From Camelus ferus (lineage: Eukaryota), in contig NC_045697.1 of assembly GCF_009834535.1 (NCBI RefSeq), forward strand, positions 110,424,001 through 110,488,000: a DNA stretch of 64,000 nucleotides. The letters are read 5' to 3'. The position numbers and the translations under genes are program-made. Below the pieces are notes generated by a model. The model saw only the letters and a program-made list of their open reading frames with translations, was not told the origin of the DNA and made no database searches. The first letter of the stretch is position 1. Each line of letters begins with the position of its first letter. Shown here in pieces: positions 1 through 11,970 of the stretch.

Positions 1-313
1 TGCATGTTGCTTCAAAGAGTTGATCATCTTGAAAGCTTTTCTCCCAGGGTGCCCAGGTAGCAGCACAAACTCTTAGGAGTATCGAAAGAAATTTCTCAGC
101 AACCACCATAGTTTTGAACCTCCCAGACCACACAATAGGCCCAGAGTAAAGGATGCAGAAAAATTCTCTGACAGCTGTAGCTGTGATATGGTGGTGTATC
201 TAAACCCACAGCAGCACAGAAAAAGGATTTCAGCTCTAACCCATGGGGGTGAAAAATCACCGGTTGTGAGAGGTTGGGAGGTTGGGGGCTCCGTGAACTT
301 GAAACACCAGTTG

Positions 314-430
314 CTTTATAGAGCGCTGTGAGGCACAGGTGTGTGCTGCACGCGGGGCGGGGCGGGGCGGGTGGTGGGTGGACAGCACAGGTGAGTAAAA
401 TCTGTGGCAGCCCCGAGGAGCGGAAAGTGC
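314..430 (-). promoter_or_regulatory. Candidate promoter: three tandem GC boxes with a TATAAA about 35 bp downstream on the minus strand
   Basis: GGGGCGGGGCGGGGCGGG at 354-371; CTATAAAG on minus at 321-314; locally raised CpG; GGAA ETS-like core near 422. Confidence 0.45.
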
Positions 431-2973
431 ATCCGCATCCATGAGGGGAACGTGAGGGGAGGCTCCGTCTGCCTCCCTGTGCGCTGAGTTCCTTGTAAGC
501 CAAGGATCCCACTTCCTACCCCTGAATGCCTGGTGTCTGTCACGGGGCTGTCCACAGTGGACCCCGATCACAGCAAACTGGAAGGGATTTAGACTGAGAA
601 GCTGAGAACAGTTTTTGGAGCAGCAAAGGTGTGTTTTGTGGAAAGACTGTGGTTGGTTTCAGTGCTGTTCCATTGATCACAACCTTACACAAGTACTCTA
701 CCCATTTCTCCCTCTGCTTAAGCACACCTTTTACAAAGTCTAGTGGGGATTCTGCCTCCTGCTCCTCCTCTGCATTCCTGCAGCACTCACCTCACTCCTG
801 GGGCTCGTGGTCCCCCAGCTCAATGGCATGTCCAGAAGCTCCCTCCACCTCTGTGTCCCTGGCTCCCGTGAGCATCCTTGTGCCTCATTGGTGCTTAGTA
901 AATGTTGAGTGTCCTGAAGGATGTGGGTGGGGTGGTGACCCCTGAATTGCAGTAAAGTGCAAGCCAGTCTGTTTTCCTTGCTCTCTCCAGCTATTGAGGT
1001 CTGCTAGGAGACCGCGCTTCCCCAGAGAGCCTCGCTATCATCAGTCTCTGCATCTGAACCAAATTCAGATGGTAGGGGATGCGGGGGGACGTCCATCACA
1101 TTTCCTTGTGGTGACCACTACACTACGGACTATACACATGGAAATGTTAACATATGTATCTCAACCAAGAATGAGATTGTACCATGAATACTAAGAACCT
1201 TATTTTTTAAATTACATACTTGGAGCAGGAATATCATTAAATGTTTTTCAAATCATCATTTTTAATGGCAGTAAATTATACTAGTGTATGGTACAAATGA
1301 TAGGACCAGTCTTTAAGTGGACATATATGTTGGTCCCAATTTTTCTTTTCTATTTTAAATAAGCTACAGTGGATATCCTTATAACTAAATCTTGGTGTCT
1401 TTTTAAAACTAATTTTTTTTAAAGATAAATTCTTCCAGTTTTAACTGTTATTAAATCATTACACCCATTCAGCTCTGTAGAGTGATCACTGAGGGGGCAC
1501 CTGCCAAAGACTGGTATTGGGAGCCCTCAGTACAGAAGACATCAAACTTGTTTTCAGGAAGGCCCCAGTACAATAAGGGACTTGGAAGAGTATTTGCTAA
1601 TAGTAATGTCTGCTTTCATAGGGTTATTATGAAAGGGGGAGTGAATAAAATAATAAATGTAAAGCACTTAGCACCAAAATATATATAGTAAGCATTTAGT
1701 AAAATGATCACTTTTATTGTTTTGCAATTCAGTGTTCATCAGATATTTGTAGACTAATAAAAGGTGGTAGATTGCATTAACCCAGGAATAGAGGCATGCT
1801 TTGATTTGATCCACAAGGGTGTTGCACCACTCCATTATGGTGGTATGAGTTCCTCTGGTATAAAATATGGATAATGATACCTACTTATAGGGTTGCTGTA
1901 AAGATTACAATAAATGGGTTGCTGTTGGCAAGAGTGAGTCCATTGCCTGCCACACGGTAAACACTAAAAAAAAGGATACCCAGTGGAGACAGTAATAATG
2001 GTGGTAGTAACACCACCGCACTTCGCAGTGATGGTAATGGTAGTAATAGTTGCAAAAATGGTAGTAACAGGAGGTGGAAGCAGCATTTCATTTAGGTTTT
2101 GATAACTGTGGGACATACAAGCAATGGAACGTAGCTTGAGGGGATGTGAGGAAAAGACACAGAGATTTACTTGGCATTCAGTGGGAGCTGAGTGTCAAAG
2201 CCATGGGAGTGGATGGATGGTGTGGAGTGTGCAGCCCAGGGAAGGGAGAGCCAGGGCAAAGATGGATCGTGGGAGAGTAGAGTTTAAATTCAGAGATAGT
2301 GGGAGGAAGAGGATATATTCTGAGATGGGAAGCTGTGATTAGAGAGTGCTAAAGAGCAAGAGATCAAATGGTCAAGGAAGACAGCTCAGCCCGTGGTCTG
2401 CCCCCGCCCGCACTGCAAGCCACTTCTCAAGTCATTTTCTCATGCTTCCTTCTTACTCAGAATTGTCCTTCTTTCTTCTCTAACAGTTAAAACATTTATC
2501 TCTCTAGGTAGGTAGATCTAGAGATACACACACACAAACAAAATATTTATCATAAGTGAGTAAATGTGGTTTTATCCTACATGCTCTCTTTAACGCAGCT
2601 TTTAAAAATGTTTTGTTTGACTCCTTTTTCCCACTCACTTTCTCTCTCTTGCTATCAGCACCACTTCTGCCCATGTACTCACGTTAACTGTTCTAACATT
2701 CATTCTTTCATATGTTTTATTAATCCTCAGATAATCATATGTGGCTGCAAATGCATATAGCAACAGTCTCATACGGGTACAAGATAACATGTTCTACAAT
2801 CTGATGAGCCACGTCCTTCCTCACTGCCCTCACCTTTTAAAAAAGTGCTTTGCTGTTCTCTGGCATTTATTCTTCCATGTGAAACTCAGTATTCTTTTAT
2901 CTAAAGAAGATGATTCCAGTTGGTTTTCTTTTGAGTGTATAAATTTGGTAGAACTGACATTATAATGTCTTTA

Positions 2974-3520
2974 TATTACCCCAAAAGGGGAAGAAAAAAA
3001 AAAAACCTTGGTTTTTGTCTTGCCTGAAAGATAAGAATTCAGACGGGAGACATAAGTGTCGTGCAGTGAAAAGAATTTAAAGATTCAATTAGTGGCGCAA
3101 AATTGCACCTCCAAGAACAGCAGGCAGGCTGATCCAAGGGAGGGTAGCAATGGTCTTTGCCCCCTTCTCTTATCCCTTTGCCTAGAGGGGGTCTCTTGGT
3201 TGATTGACAGCTCTTGCCCCTGAAGTGCTTAGTCATGTTTGTCCCCTTTGTGCATGTCCTTACCCGTGACGCACACAGAAAAAACCATGAGGGTGGGAAG
3301 CCTAAACCATAATGCTAATTATATTTCAGTGAACATTGGGTCATGTCTGGTTAGGTCCTTGTCGCTACCATGGAGTTGCGGCCATCAGTTTCTTGCTGGC
3401 GCTCATTTAGTGGAAGTAAAGCCCCTTTAAGCTGAAGGCAGGCATAACACCATCTTCAGGACCCTCCTCCCGCTCCTCCACCTTATTGCCCGGTGCCCCC
3501 ACTTATCTAACTACCTAACA
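2974..3520 (-). mobile_element. Solo ERV LTR (same family as 63322-63868)
   Basis: T(A)TTACCCC...CTACCTAACA ends; colinear similarity to the copy at 63322; imperfect 4-bp TSD ttta/tttc. Confidence 0.8.
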
Positions 3521-4042
3521 TTTCCATCTGAGAAGGTGGTTTGTTTTCCATCAAAAGATCTTGTTTTTAAAACAAGCTTATTTTATTGTCCTTCAGTACA
3601 TTTTAGAAATATTGAAATAAAGTGCATTAGCTTTCATTATTTTTGTATTTATGACCTTGTCACTTTGACTTTTAAGGTTATATTATGGTCTACCATAATG
3701 AAATGCTCTTTTTTCTCCCAGAATCAAAGAGGAGTCTTTTCCTTATTATTCAAAAAGATCGTGTTTAATATTGAACTTTACTAAATGGCCATTTTAGCAC
3801 CAAACTAGGGTTAAAGGTGACATCTCTAAGTTACCCTCTATTTCTCCTTTTTCTTTTTCTTTTTTTTTTTCAACTATCTTATATTTCTTAGTGAACAAAA
3901 GGTCAATTTTATAAATTAAAGGCTCTTTGAAAGCTGTGGCCCAAGTCTCACCTGCTTGGATTTATAACAAGCAGTAAGAGGAGGGAGGAGAAACTCAGCC
4001 GGTCACCAATGGAGTGAGGCTTCCTGACCAGAGAAATCTGAT

Positions 4043-4515
4043 TGTTACTGAACACAAGTTCATGTGTCTGACGCACAGTGAGGCCAAACCAGAACGTCGG
4101 AGTTTGGGGTAGAGAAGGGTTTAGTGCAGGGCTGAGCAAGGAGGGCAGGGCAGCTCATGCCCAAGAAAACCCCAAACTCCTTGAAGGGCTTCAGCAAAGT
4201 ATATTTAAAAGCCAGGTAAGGGAGTGGGGGGGGGGGTCACAGGGTACGTGATCAGCTCATGCACAATCCTCTGATTGGTTGATGTGGAGGGAACAGGGCG
4301 GTCAACACTGTCCAAACCTGGGCACCAGAAGGTCTGGGGGCCACGAGCTCTCGATCATCAAGTAGTTAATTTCTACCATTTGGTGGTGGTTTTTAACATC
4401 TGAAAAGCTCAGAAAATACACATGAGATACTGTTATCTGGGTACTTCAGAGAGGAGCTGCAGCAGAGGATGTGGGGGAGGGGTCTGACCCTGGAAGACCC
4501 CACAGGGTCCTTACA
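4043..4515 (-). mobile_element. Solo ERV1-type LTR
   Basis: TGTTAC...TTACA termini, about 470 bp; CCAAT box on minus (gattgg); resembles artiodactyl ERV1 LTRs. Confidence 0.7.
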
Positions 4516-4965
4516 GTTGGGCAGGATTCTCATGGTGTGTAGGTGCTTTTAGCCATCACAGCTCCTGCAGGCCCACTCTCTCTGACTTCTTATCCCAGAC
4601 TGTCATGTTCCATCAGCTGGGGTTCTCATCACTCTCACATCAAGGGGACCCGGATACCATTTCCAAACCTTTTGAAAAACAGTCTCTGAATTTCTATACT
4701 AAATATTCATCCATTCCTCTCAATACGATTTCTTTCTCTTTGGCCCCCAGGTATCGTCTGTATTTAGTACTTAATACACATTAATAAATCACTGTGTGAT
4801 TTTAAAAGGTATAAAATTAAATATAAAAATAGAGTATACAAAATGCGCAGTGAGTTCTGGATAATTGTCATTCATCAGAAGTATCTTTTGGTATAATGCA
4901 GTCTCTTTCCCTTGGATTTTCCCCCTGACATCTCTAAACCATAGACTTCCCTGTTCTTTGCCTAG

Positions 4966-5177
4966 GCACAGCGCAGGATTTCCCATACTACAATGTTTCC
5001 CTGACAGACAGCTCATCCTATCCGAGCCCTGACATGGGGATTAGTCTCCTCTGGTGCAGCGGCTGAAGAGCTATTGTATGAAATTGGTGATATTGTATGA
5101 AATTGGTGACCCGCAACATTGCCTGGTACCTGATGTAACTTGTGACTTTTCTCAAGTCTCTATTGCTGAAATTCCAG
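4966..5177 (+). pseudogene. AtuA-like pseudoexon: (W)HSAGFPILQCFPDRQLILSEP*/TWGLVSSGAAAEELLYEIGD/PQHCLVPDVTCDFSQVSIAEIP(G)
   Basis: Acceptor ttctttgcctag, donor CCAG|gtcagt. Contains the hallmark E.LLYEIGDP....PDVTCDF motif. In-frame TGA at 5030-5032, a nearby frameshift, and a 19-bp tandem duplication at 5072-5109. Confidence 0.9.
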
Positions 5178-5810
5178 GTCAGTGACTAAAAGGGTTTTGT
5201 TTTTAAATGTTGTATTCTCTCTCTATCTCTTTCTAGAAATTTTTAACAAACAAAAGTATAATTGTTTCCAACTCCAGGACCATCTTTTCAAAGCAAAGTG
5301 TAGAAATAACTTGACAGTTCTGTGATGTGATCAATGGCATGTGTTAGAAAGTTCTTGGAATGAAGTGGTAAAGAGTTTTTTTTTTATAAGTTTGCTCTTA
5401 ATTCATGTTTAACAATTTGACATAAGAAAATAGCGTCTTAATTAGGTATTCAGCTAGTAATTAACTCCAAGATTATCCTGCTGACTGGAAACAGTGTCTT
5501 CTAAGCACTTCTCAATCATTCACTGACCTCTCTCAAATGGCCCTAAATGATTTCAACCCTGTATTATTTACTTATTTATGTATTCTTTTTATTTCATATT
5601 TCTTCTACTGGGTTGTAGGCTTCTTGAAAATGAAACTTTTGTCCAATTAATTTCTGTGTCTTTTATAATCCTTAGCATAGCATCTTGTAAATAGCAAGTA
5701 CTGAATTCACATGTATTGAGTGACTGAATGAATAAATACTATGATCCCTTGAAACCAATTGACAATATATCATGAAGAGACTATAGTCATTCTGGAGAGA
5801 AACAGGTGTG

Positions 5811-5960
5811 TTTTTCTTTTTTTATAATTTTTTTTAAATGTTTAATTTTTGGCAGGTGAGGCAATTAGGTATTTGTTTGTTTGTTTAATGGAGGTACTGG
5901 GGATCAAACCCAGGACCTCATGCATGCTAGGCACACGCTACACTGAGCTATACCCTCCCT
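5811..5960 (-). mobile_element. tRNA-derived SINE (camelid Vic-1 type)
   Basis: Reverse complement of GGGAGGGTATAGCTCAGTG...GGTCCTGGGTT.GATCCCCAGTACCTCC with A/B boxes and A-rich tail. Confidence 0.85.
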
Positions 5961-6756
5961 ATGATGTGCTTTTCAATTTAAGAAGCAAGTTATAGATTTA
6001 AAGTTCTACTGTGAAGCTGAGGCCACGCATTTGACAGGAGAAACTGAGAATCAGTGGGCTGCACCCTTACTCAATCCATTTAGAATCCTTTGCTGAACTC
6101 TTGATTACCAGTATTTTATAGAAAGAAAATATTTTTAATCTGTGAACCCAGAAGTTATGTCCTAAATTTTAATACACGTTCACTGTTATTTTCCTTGAAA
6201 ATTGTTGTTCTAAACATTCTAAAAAATGTGAAGGTTTTACCCAAAGATTTATTAAAAAGTTTTTTTTATTGAGGTACAATGTTGTGTAGTAATTCAAATA
6301 ATATTGACTAATAGCTGTTCGATTTAGATTTTTTTTCAATGACTTAGTAATTTTGTTCCAAATGAAACATACTTCTCTGGTTTCCTGTGGTGTTCCTCAA
6401 TAGCATTCTCAGCAATTGCAAGTTAAAGATCATCTCTATTCAGCTAAATAATGAAAAGACATTCATTTATTATCTCTGGTGCTTCTCTCTTCTTTTCTGT
6501 ATCTCTATATTACTATTTTTAAATATGTAGTTTAAACAAATTACTCAGTAGAATGTAAAATATGACAACTGTCTTAGGCATCTTCCTTGTAATTCCTGTT
6601 GTTGCCATTATGTGTTGCACATGGCCTTTTAGAATTTATAATTTTAATTTATGAAGCTCAAAAATGCAGTGATCATAATGCAAAATAACATAGCTGCAAT
6701 TAGTATGTTTATTCTTTTTCCACTTCGGTCTTTAAAAAATAATAATAAACTCCCAG

Positions 6757-6823
6757 TGAACTCTTACCCTGTAAATGACCTGATATGACATATTTGAACT
6801 TACAGTGAACTTTCACATGAACT
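6757..6823 (-). promoter_or_regulatory. Nuclear-receptor half-site cluster including a perfect DR5 (RARE-like)
   Basis: TGAACT at 6757, 6795, 6806 and 6818, TGACCT at 6776, imperfect TGACAT at 6786. DR5 = AGTTCA ctgta AGTTCA on minus (6795-6811). Confidence 0.5.
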
Positions 6824-8148
6824 TGCAGTTCTCCTCTGAGAAATATAACAGATGGAAAATAAGCAGATTTTTCAAATATTTTTAGATGCAGTTCTTTGAC
6901 GTGTTTAACGGAGTCAACAAGGCCAGCTATCTCCTTCCAGTGTTTACTTTGCTGACTTCATGGTACTGCCAGGTTTTTGGTTACATTAAATACCTGCATT
7001 CAGCGTTTCAGTTATATTTTTATTCTACGAGCATCTTGATTTTAAACTTGTATATACATTTAAAGGTGAAGCTAATTGGGTCATAAAATACAACAAATTC
7101 TAAGATAACTTTATTGGACCTACTGAAATACTGTTGTTTCAAATCATTGAGATACTAGGGGCTTTTAAAGATCCATTTCAGATTTTAGACTATGAATCAG
7201 CTACAATGTTTTTTCACTTTGAATCGTTGGCAGCTAGGAATTCAGTTCAAGATGCACGTGGTTTCTGAACCAGTCACTTGGGAAAGGAAGAGGAAAATTA
7301 ACTGAGCAGCAACTACTGTGTTACATCTGCTGTGGTATGAGGCAGCCTCCTTATAGGTCTTTCGTCTTTACAACTCTCCTGCAAAGTAGTTATCATGCTC
7401 ATTTTACAAGAGGGACTGAGACAGAGAGGTTCAGTAACTTGCCCGAGAAGAGATGGCTAAACTGGGAATTAAATCCAGGTCTCCCAGACTGTCAAGTCCT
7501 TGCTCCTTCAACAGTTTTGTGCTCCCAGAAACAAAATGTTCTGTTTGAGGACATAGATGCCAAAGAGAAAAGTGTGATAAAGCTGTAATAGCTTTATAAT
7601 CTTTGTTTTGAGAATGTAAAGAGTTTATTTCTTTGTATTTATTGTGCAATATTGATAAATGAGTTAGCTTGAAAAACTCAGAATGTTCTCAGTGATAGGA
7701 AAATAGTAACTTAAGACTTTTGCTTCTCTTGAAAGTTTCCTGTTGTTTACAAAAAAAACACTACATATACGTATATTACATTTATCAAATAATGCAGGCA
7801 TGTATGTTATTTATTCACTGAAACGTATTTGCTTGCTTAGAATCAGTTCTTCTTAACACCCAATTTATTCTCAGACCATAATTTATTCTTTCTGAGGAGT
7901 GTTTTAGATGTTATTCAGTTCAGAAGGAGATTATACTTAATGGATGTAGACATGTATAAAACGACACAGCTATGTTATGAGATCAGAATGTGAACTGTAT
8001 GCAGCTGTAATTAGCCCAACTTTCCTGACACTTCACTTGTTAATGACAGTGTCATTGGCAAGACAGATAAAGATCTTTGCATTTCACAAGGATGTGTTCA
8101 GAAGCTTAGGTTCATTCCATTGTTTATGTCTTAACCTTATGTCATCAG

Positions 8149-8267
8149 GTAAGTGCTTGTTACCATGACGGTTTCAGAGCAACTGCTGTCTGCACACTGG
8201 GAGGACCCAAAGCGGCTGAAAAGGAGAGGTGGACAGGTGGACAGCTGAAAGAAAGTATTTTGAAAAG
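8149..8267 (+). pseudogene. AtuA-like pseudoexon: VSACYHDGFRATAVCTLGGPKAAEKERWTGGQLKESILK(R)
   Basis: Acceptor gtcatcag, donor AAAG|gtttgt; 119 nt, phase 0 to 2, open frame. Carries 8-bp and 4-bp tandem duplications. Confidence 0.9.
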
Positions 8268-10195
8268 GTTTGTCTATGAGACAAAAAAATGGACTCTCCA
8301 GTCTAACTAAATTCAAGGCATGTTAGCAATCAAATTCTTTAACAAGAATCATTATTACGATCACTTAACATTTTCCCCTGAGTATTAATACATTTGTTCC
8401 GTACATTTTATGTTGTGGCAGGTTCTGATACAAATGAGTCTTGCATCAGCAACTTTACAGTTTAGCTTGCACAGATATCTAGAAACAAGTATTGGAAAAG
8501 TTTCTTGGATGCTAAATTCTGCTAGAAACCTATGCTTTTTTTTTTCTCTTACCCTGAAGATTACATTCAGAAAGTTAACATAATGCATACGGGCAACAGA
8601 ATCAGAAGTCACAGATCCTTTGACAGGTCATATGGTACCTTCAACCATTTGGTGTCTGGAGAGCATTTATAGTTTGTCCCAGAAAATTTTCTTTTCTTTA
8701 AAAAATCCAGAGAAAGAAATTTCATAATAGTTCTATAGCCAAATTTAATTAACAACGTTTATGAAAGTTCTGATGCTTGAGTCAAATCTTTTACGTTCCA
8801 TCTGCAGTGCTGATGCTTCCTACCATGTCCTGTATTTAAACCATATTGTTGAGTTACTCAAGAGAATCTACGTTAAAGATTCAAGCCCTTATTAATTACA
8901 ATGAGTAAGTGCTGGTGAGACACAGGAATAAACAAATTAGTGCTAATCCTTTTTTCACAGGGAGGGACTCATAGCAAATCATTTTATCCTTTATCAACAA
9001 TGATGATCATGAAACATTTAAAAGTGGAAAAAATAAACTGGAAAATGAATTAAAATTGTGCACAATCCCATCATTCAATGTAGAATCAAAGTATTTTTAA
9101 ATTAAAGACAACTACAATATGAATTTTTAAGACTATCCAGATTATTAATTAATTAATCCTCTCTTTCCACTAACATTTGAGTCCTTTACTACATAGCAAT
9201 CACTTCTGGGCTTTGGGTGTATACTTGTGTGCAAGACAGACCAATAGCTTTAGTATGTGGATAGACATTAAACTAATAACCCGCAAAGAATTGAAAAATG
9301 CTTTGAAGAAATATTAAAGAGTGTTACGTAAAAGAATAATAATGGAACATAATTTAAATTTAGCACTTAAGGAAGACTTTATTAGGGGATATTTGAACAA
9401 AGAACCTGAAAGAGGAATACTTTCTTAGGCACTTAAATAAAATAAAAGCAATGAAAACATACCTGATACAACATTCAGTAAATATTGTTCAATGAATGAA
9501 TGCTATTCTAAAAGTCAGGAAACAAAGCAAACATTAAAACAGAAAGCATTCAAACAACGTCTCAAAAGTTGTCAAAATCATAGCTGCACTAATAAACACA
9601 AATGCTACAAACTGCCCAATTAGAGGATGAATTCAACAGATCTTAATATTTATCCAGCTGATAAAAAAGAACAGAGTATTAGAACATAATATAACAGTGT
9701 TGAATTAATAGCTACAGAGAGAACATTTTCCCCCACAAGACAAGTCTGCACCTTATTTCCTAGCATCCTCAAGGCTACTTTAATCCATTTCAGAAAGTAG
9801 AAATTTTGCAGACCGCATTCTTTGACCATATGTAATACAACAGATTAGCAATTAAACTTTAAGCAACAAAAAACCCCCCAAAACTCGAGTCCCTTAGAAA
9901 TATAAAAAATACTTGTACATATAATTATTGGATCAAAGAGGAAATCTTCAATTTCAGACAGTTTAGAGGATAAGGACATTGAGGCTATAAGATATCAAAT
10001 GTTTGATGTGAAGCTGAAGCTGTATTCGGGAGTGACCTGATGGCCTTAAATGCCCCTAGATTGCCCTCCTTTCACTGTAATTGTTATTGGTGTCCAAAAT
10101 GAGTGACCTCTATTAGGGGCCGAAACTAAGGGATTCTTGGAATTGACCTACCATAAATTCATGAATATTTTTTAATTGCATTTACTTTGCTGCAG

Positions 10196-10307
10196 AACTT
10201 GTCTCCTGTTTGAAGAAGCTGGCTTGGAAGGCTATAGTGAGGTTCACGTTCAGACTTTAGGATCTGAAGAAGCATATGGAGCACAAGCTAAAGCAGATTT
10301 AAATGGA
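10196..10307 (+). pseudogene. AtuA-like pseudoexon: (R)TCLLFEEAGLEGYSEVHVQTLGSEEAYGAQAKADLNG
   Basis: Acceptor tttgctgcag, donor GGA|gtaagt; 112 nt, phase 2 to 0, no lesion. Matches the RT..LF...GL..YSEV....LGSE..YG pattern of AtuA. Confidence 0.9.
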
Positions 10308-11086
10308 GTAAGTAGAACAGGGGATTTCTTATTCCAGTGTAAATGAATGGGTTGAAATATTCTCAATAAATTATGTATGAAAGTGTTTATTGTAAAGACC
10401 AACCTGGCTAAGGTTTAATGGATAATGAATTTGGGGTTATTTCTGTTTTACAGTGTGTATTTTTTTTTTTTAAAAATCTATAGTTCTTTAACAAGCTTAT
10501 AATTCAGTTTGAATTTTCTATTTGCCTATGGCAAAACTCACCTCAATTCCATTCCCTTCCTTTCTTGTTCCACCTTTAATATTTGACTTATGTTTAGGCT
10601 CTTGGGTGTCATATATATGGTTTTCTTCAAAAGTTTTTAGAGAGCTATAAATTTAAAATGTTAACTTCTAACTTGGTCTTAATATGTTGTTTGTTCTTCA
10701 GCAGTAAAAACAGAAGAAATATTTTTTCCATTCTTGCTGGAAAATTTCTCACTATTGACTAGAAAAGGGATCAGTGATTCAGAATTAAGTTTTTATTTAC
10801 ATTTAAAAATTTCACATATAAGTCATGTCAAAATCTATTGTAACTGCCCATTATAAATCAATTTTATTAATCTAATTTAACTGAAGGTATGTTGGGATTA
10901 TTTTTTAAACAGCCAAATTAAATAAAATGATGTATGATCAATGTCTTATTAAATTATAGGTAATTAACTTGACCTTATCTAGGTAGTTTTTTCTGTATCT
11001 CTGTATTTATTCCTAGCAGAATTATTACAGATATGTCTTGTATAAACTTTCTGTTCACATCTTTAACCCTTTTTAAAGACTTTTTT

Positions 11087-11563
11087 AAAACAACTTTATT
11101 GTGGTGTAATTTCTGTACAGTAAATTACACATATCCCAGACATACAATTTGATGAATTTTGATAGATGTATACACCTATGAAACCGCCGCCACAATCAAG
11201 ATACCTAACAATTCCATCACTCCTCAAGAGGTGCAAATTTCGAACTCCCAATTTATCCCTTCCTACCCCCTTTACTCCCTGGTAACCAAAAGTTTTTTCT
11301 CTATATCCGTGAGTCTGTTTCTGTTTTGTAAATAAATTTATTTGTGTCTTTTTTTTTTGATTCCACAAATAAGTGATATCCCATGATGTTTTTTTTTTCT
11401 TTTTGTGGCTTACTTCTCTTAGAATGATAGATCTCCAGGTCCATCCATGTTGCTGCAAATGGCATTATTTTATTCTTTTTTATGGCTGAGTAGTATTCCA
11501 CAACTTCTTTATCCAGTCATCTGTTGATGGACATTTAGGTTGTTTCCATGTCTTGTCTATTGT
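11087..11563 (-). mobile_element. 5'-truncated L1 (ORF2 end + 3'UTR)
   Basis: Encodes [23 protein letters not shown]; approximate TSD ctttt.aaaga.ttttt. Confidence 0.85.
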
Positions 11564-11739
11564 CTTTTAAAAGATTTTTTAACCCAACAGTCATATTCAC
11601 AATGGTCTGACCATCTTATCTATTCTGGAGTATTTGTAGATATTCTGGTTTATAGTGATTGCTTTCACTTAAGTGTTAATCAAAGATGGGAAAATGTATG
11701 GGAAACAGCAGTGACAACCGTAGTGGTAACAGTTAACAT

Positions 11740-11970
11740 GAATTGAGGGGTTAATAAGTGTCAGGCACTGTTCTAAGTGCTTTACTGGTGTTGAACTTTA
11801 GCTCTCACAGCAATCTTCCAGGCAGGTCTGTTAGTACTTCTATTTTATAAATGAGCAAACTCAGGCACAGAGAGGTTGAATAAATTGTCTAATGTCCAAC
11901 AGCTCCTGAGGAACAAGACCAGATTTTATATCCATTACAGTCTAGTTCTAATATCTGCATTTTTAACCAC
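11740..11970 (-). mobile_element. MIR SINE relic (approximate limits)
   Basis: gtcaggcactgttctaagtgcttt...aaactcaggcacagagaggttgaataaattgtc core. Confidence 0.7.

Noticed and set aside
631..695. GKTVVGFSAVPLITTLHK as the GRCVDSA..LGPL.H exon of the AtuA-like gene
   Set aside because: Only a few residues match, the invariant GR..D is absent, and no convincing acceptor/donor pair exists.
8049..8154. Exon ending at the perfect-looking donor CAG|GTAAGT (8148/8149)
   Set aside because: The downstream bases translate as conserved VSACYHDGFRATAVC, so the AG is the acceptor and GTAAGT is coding.
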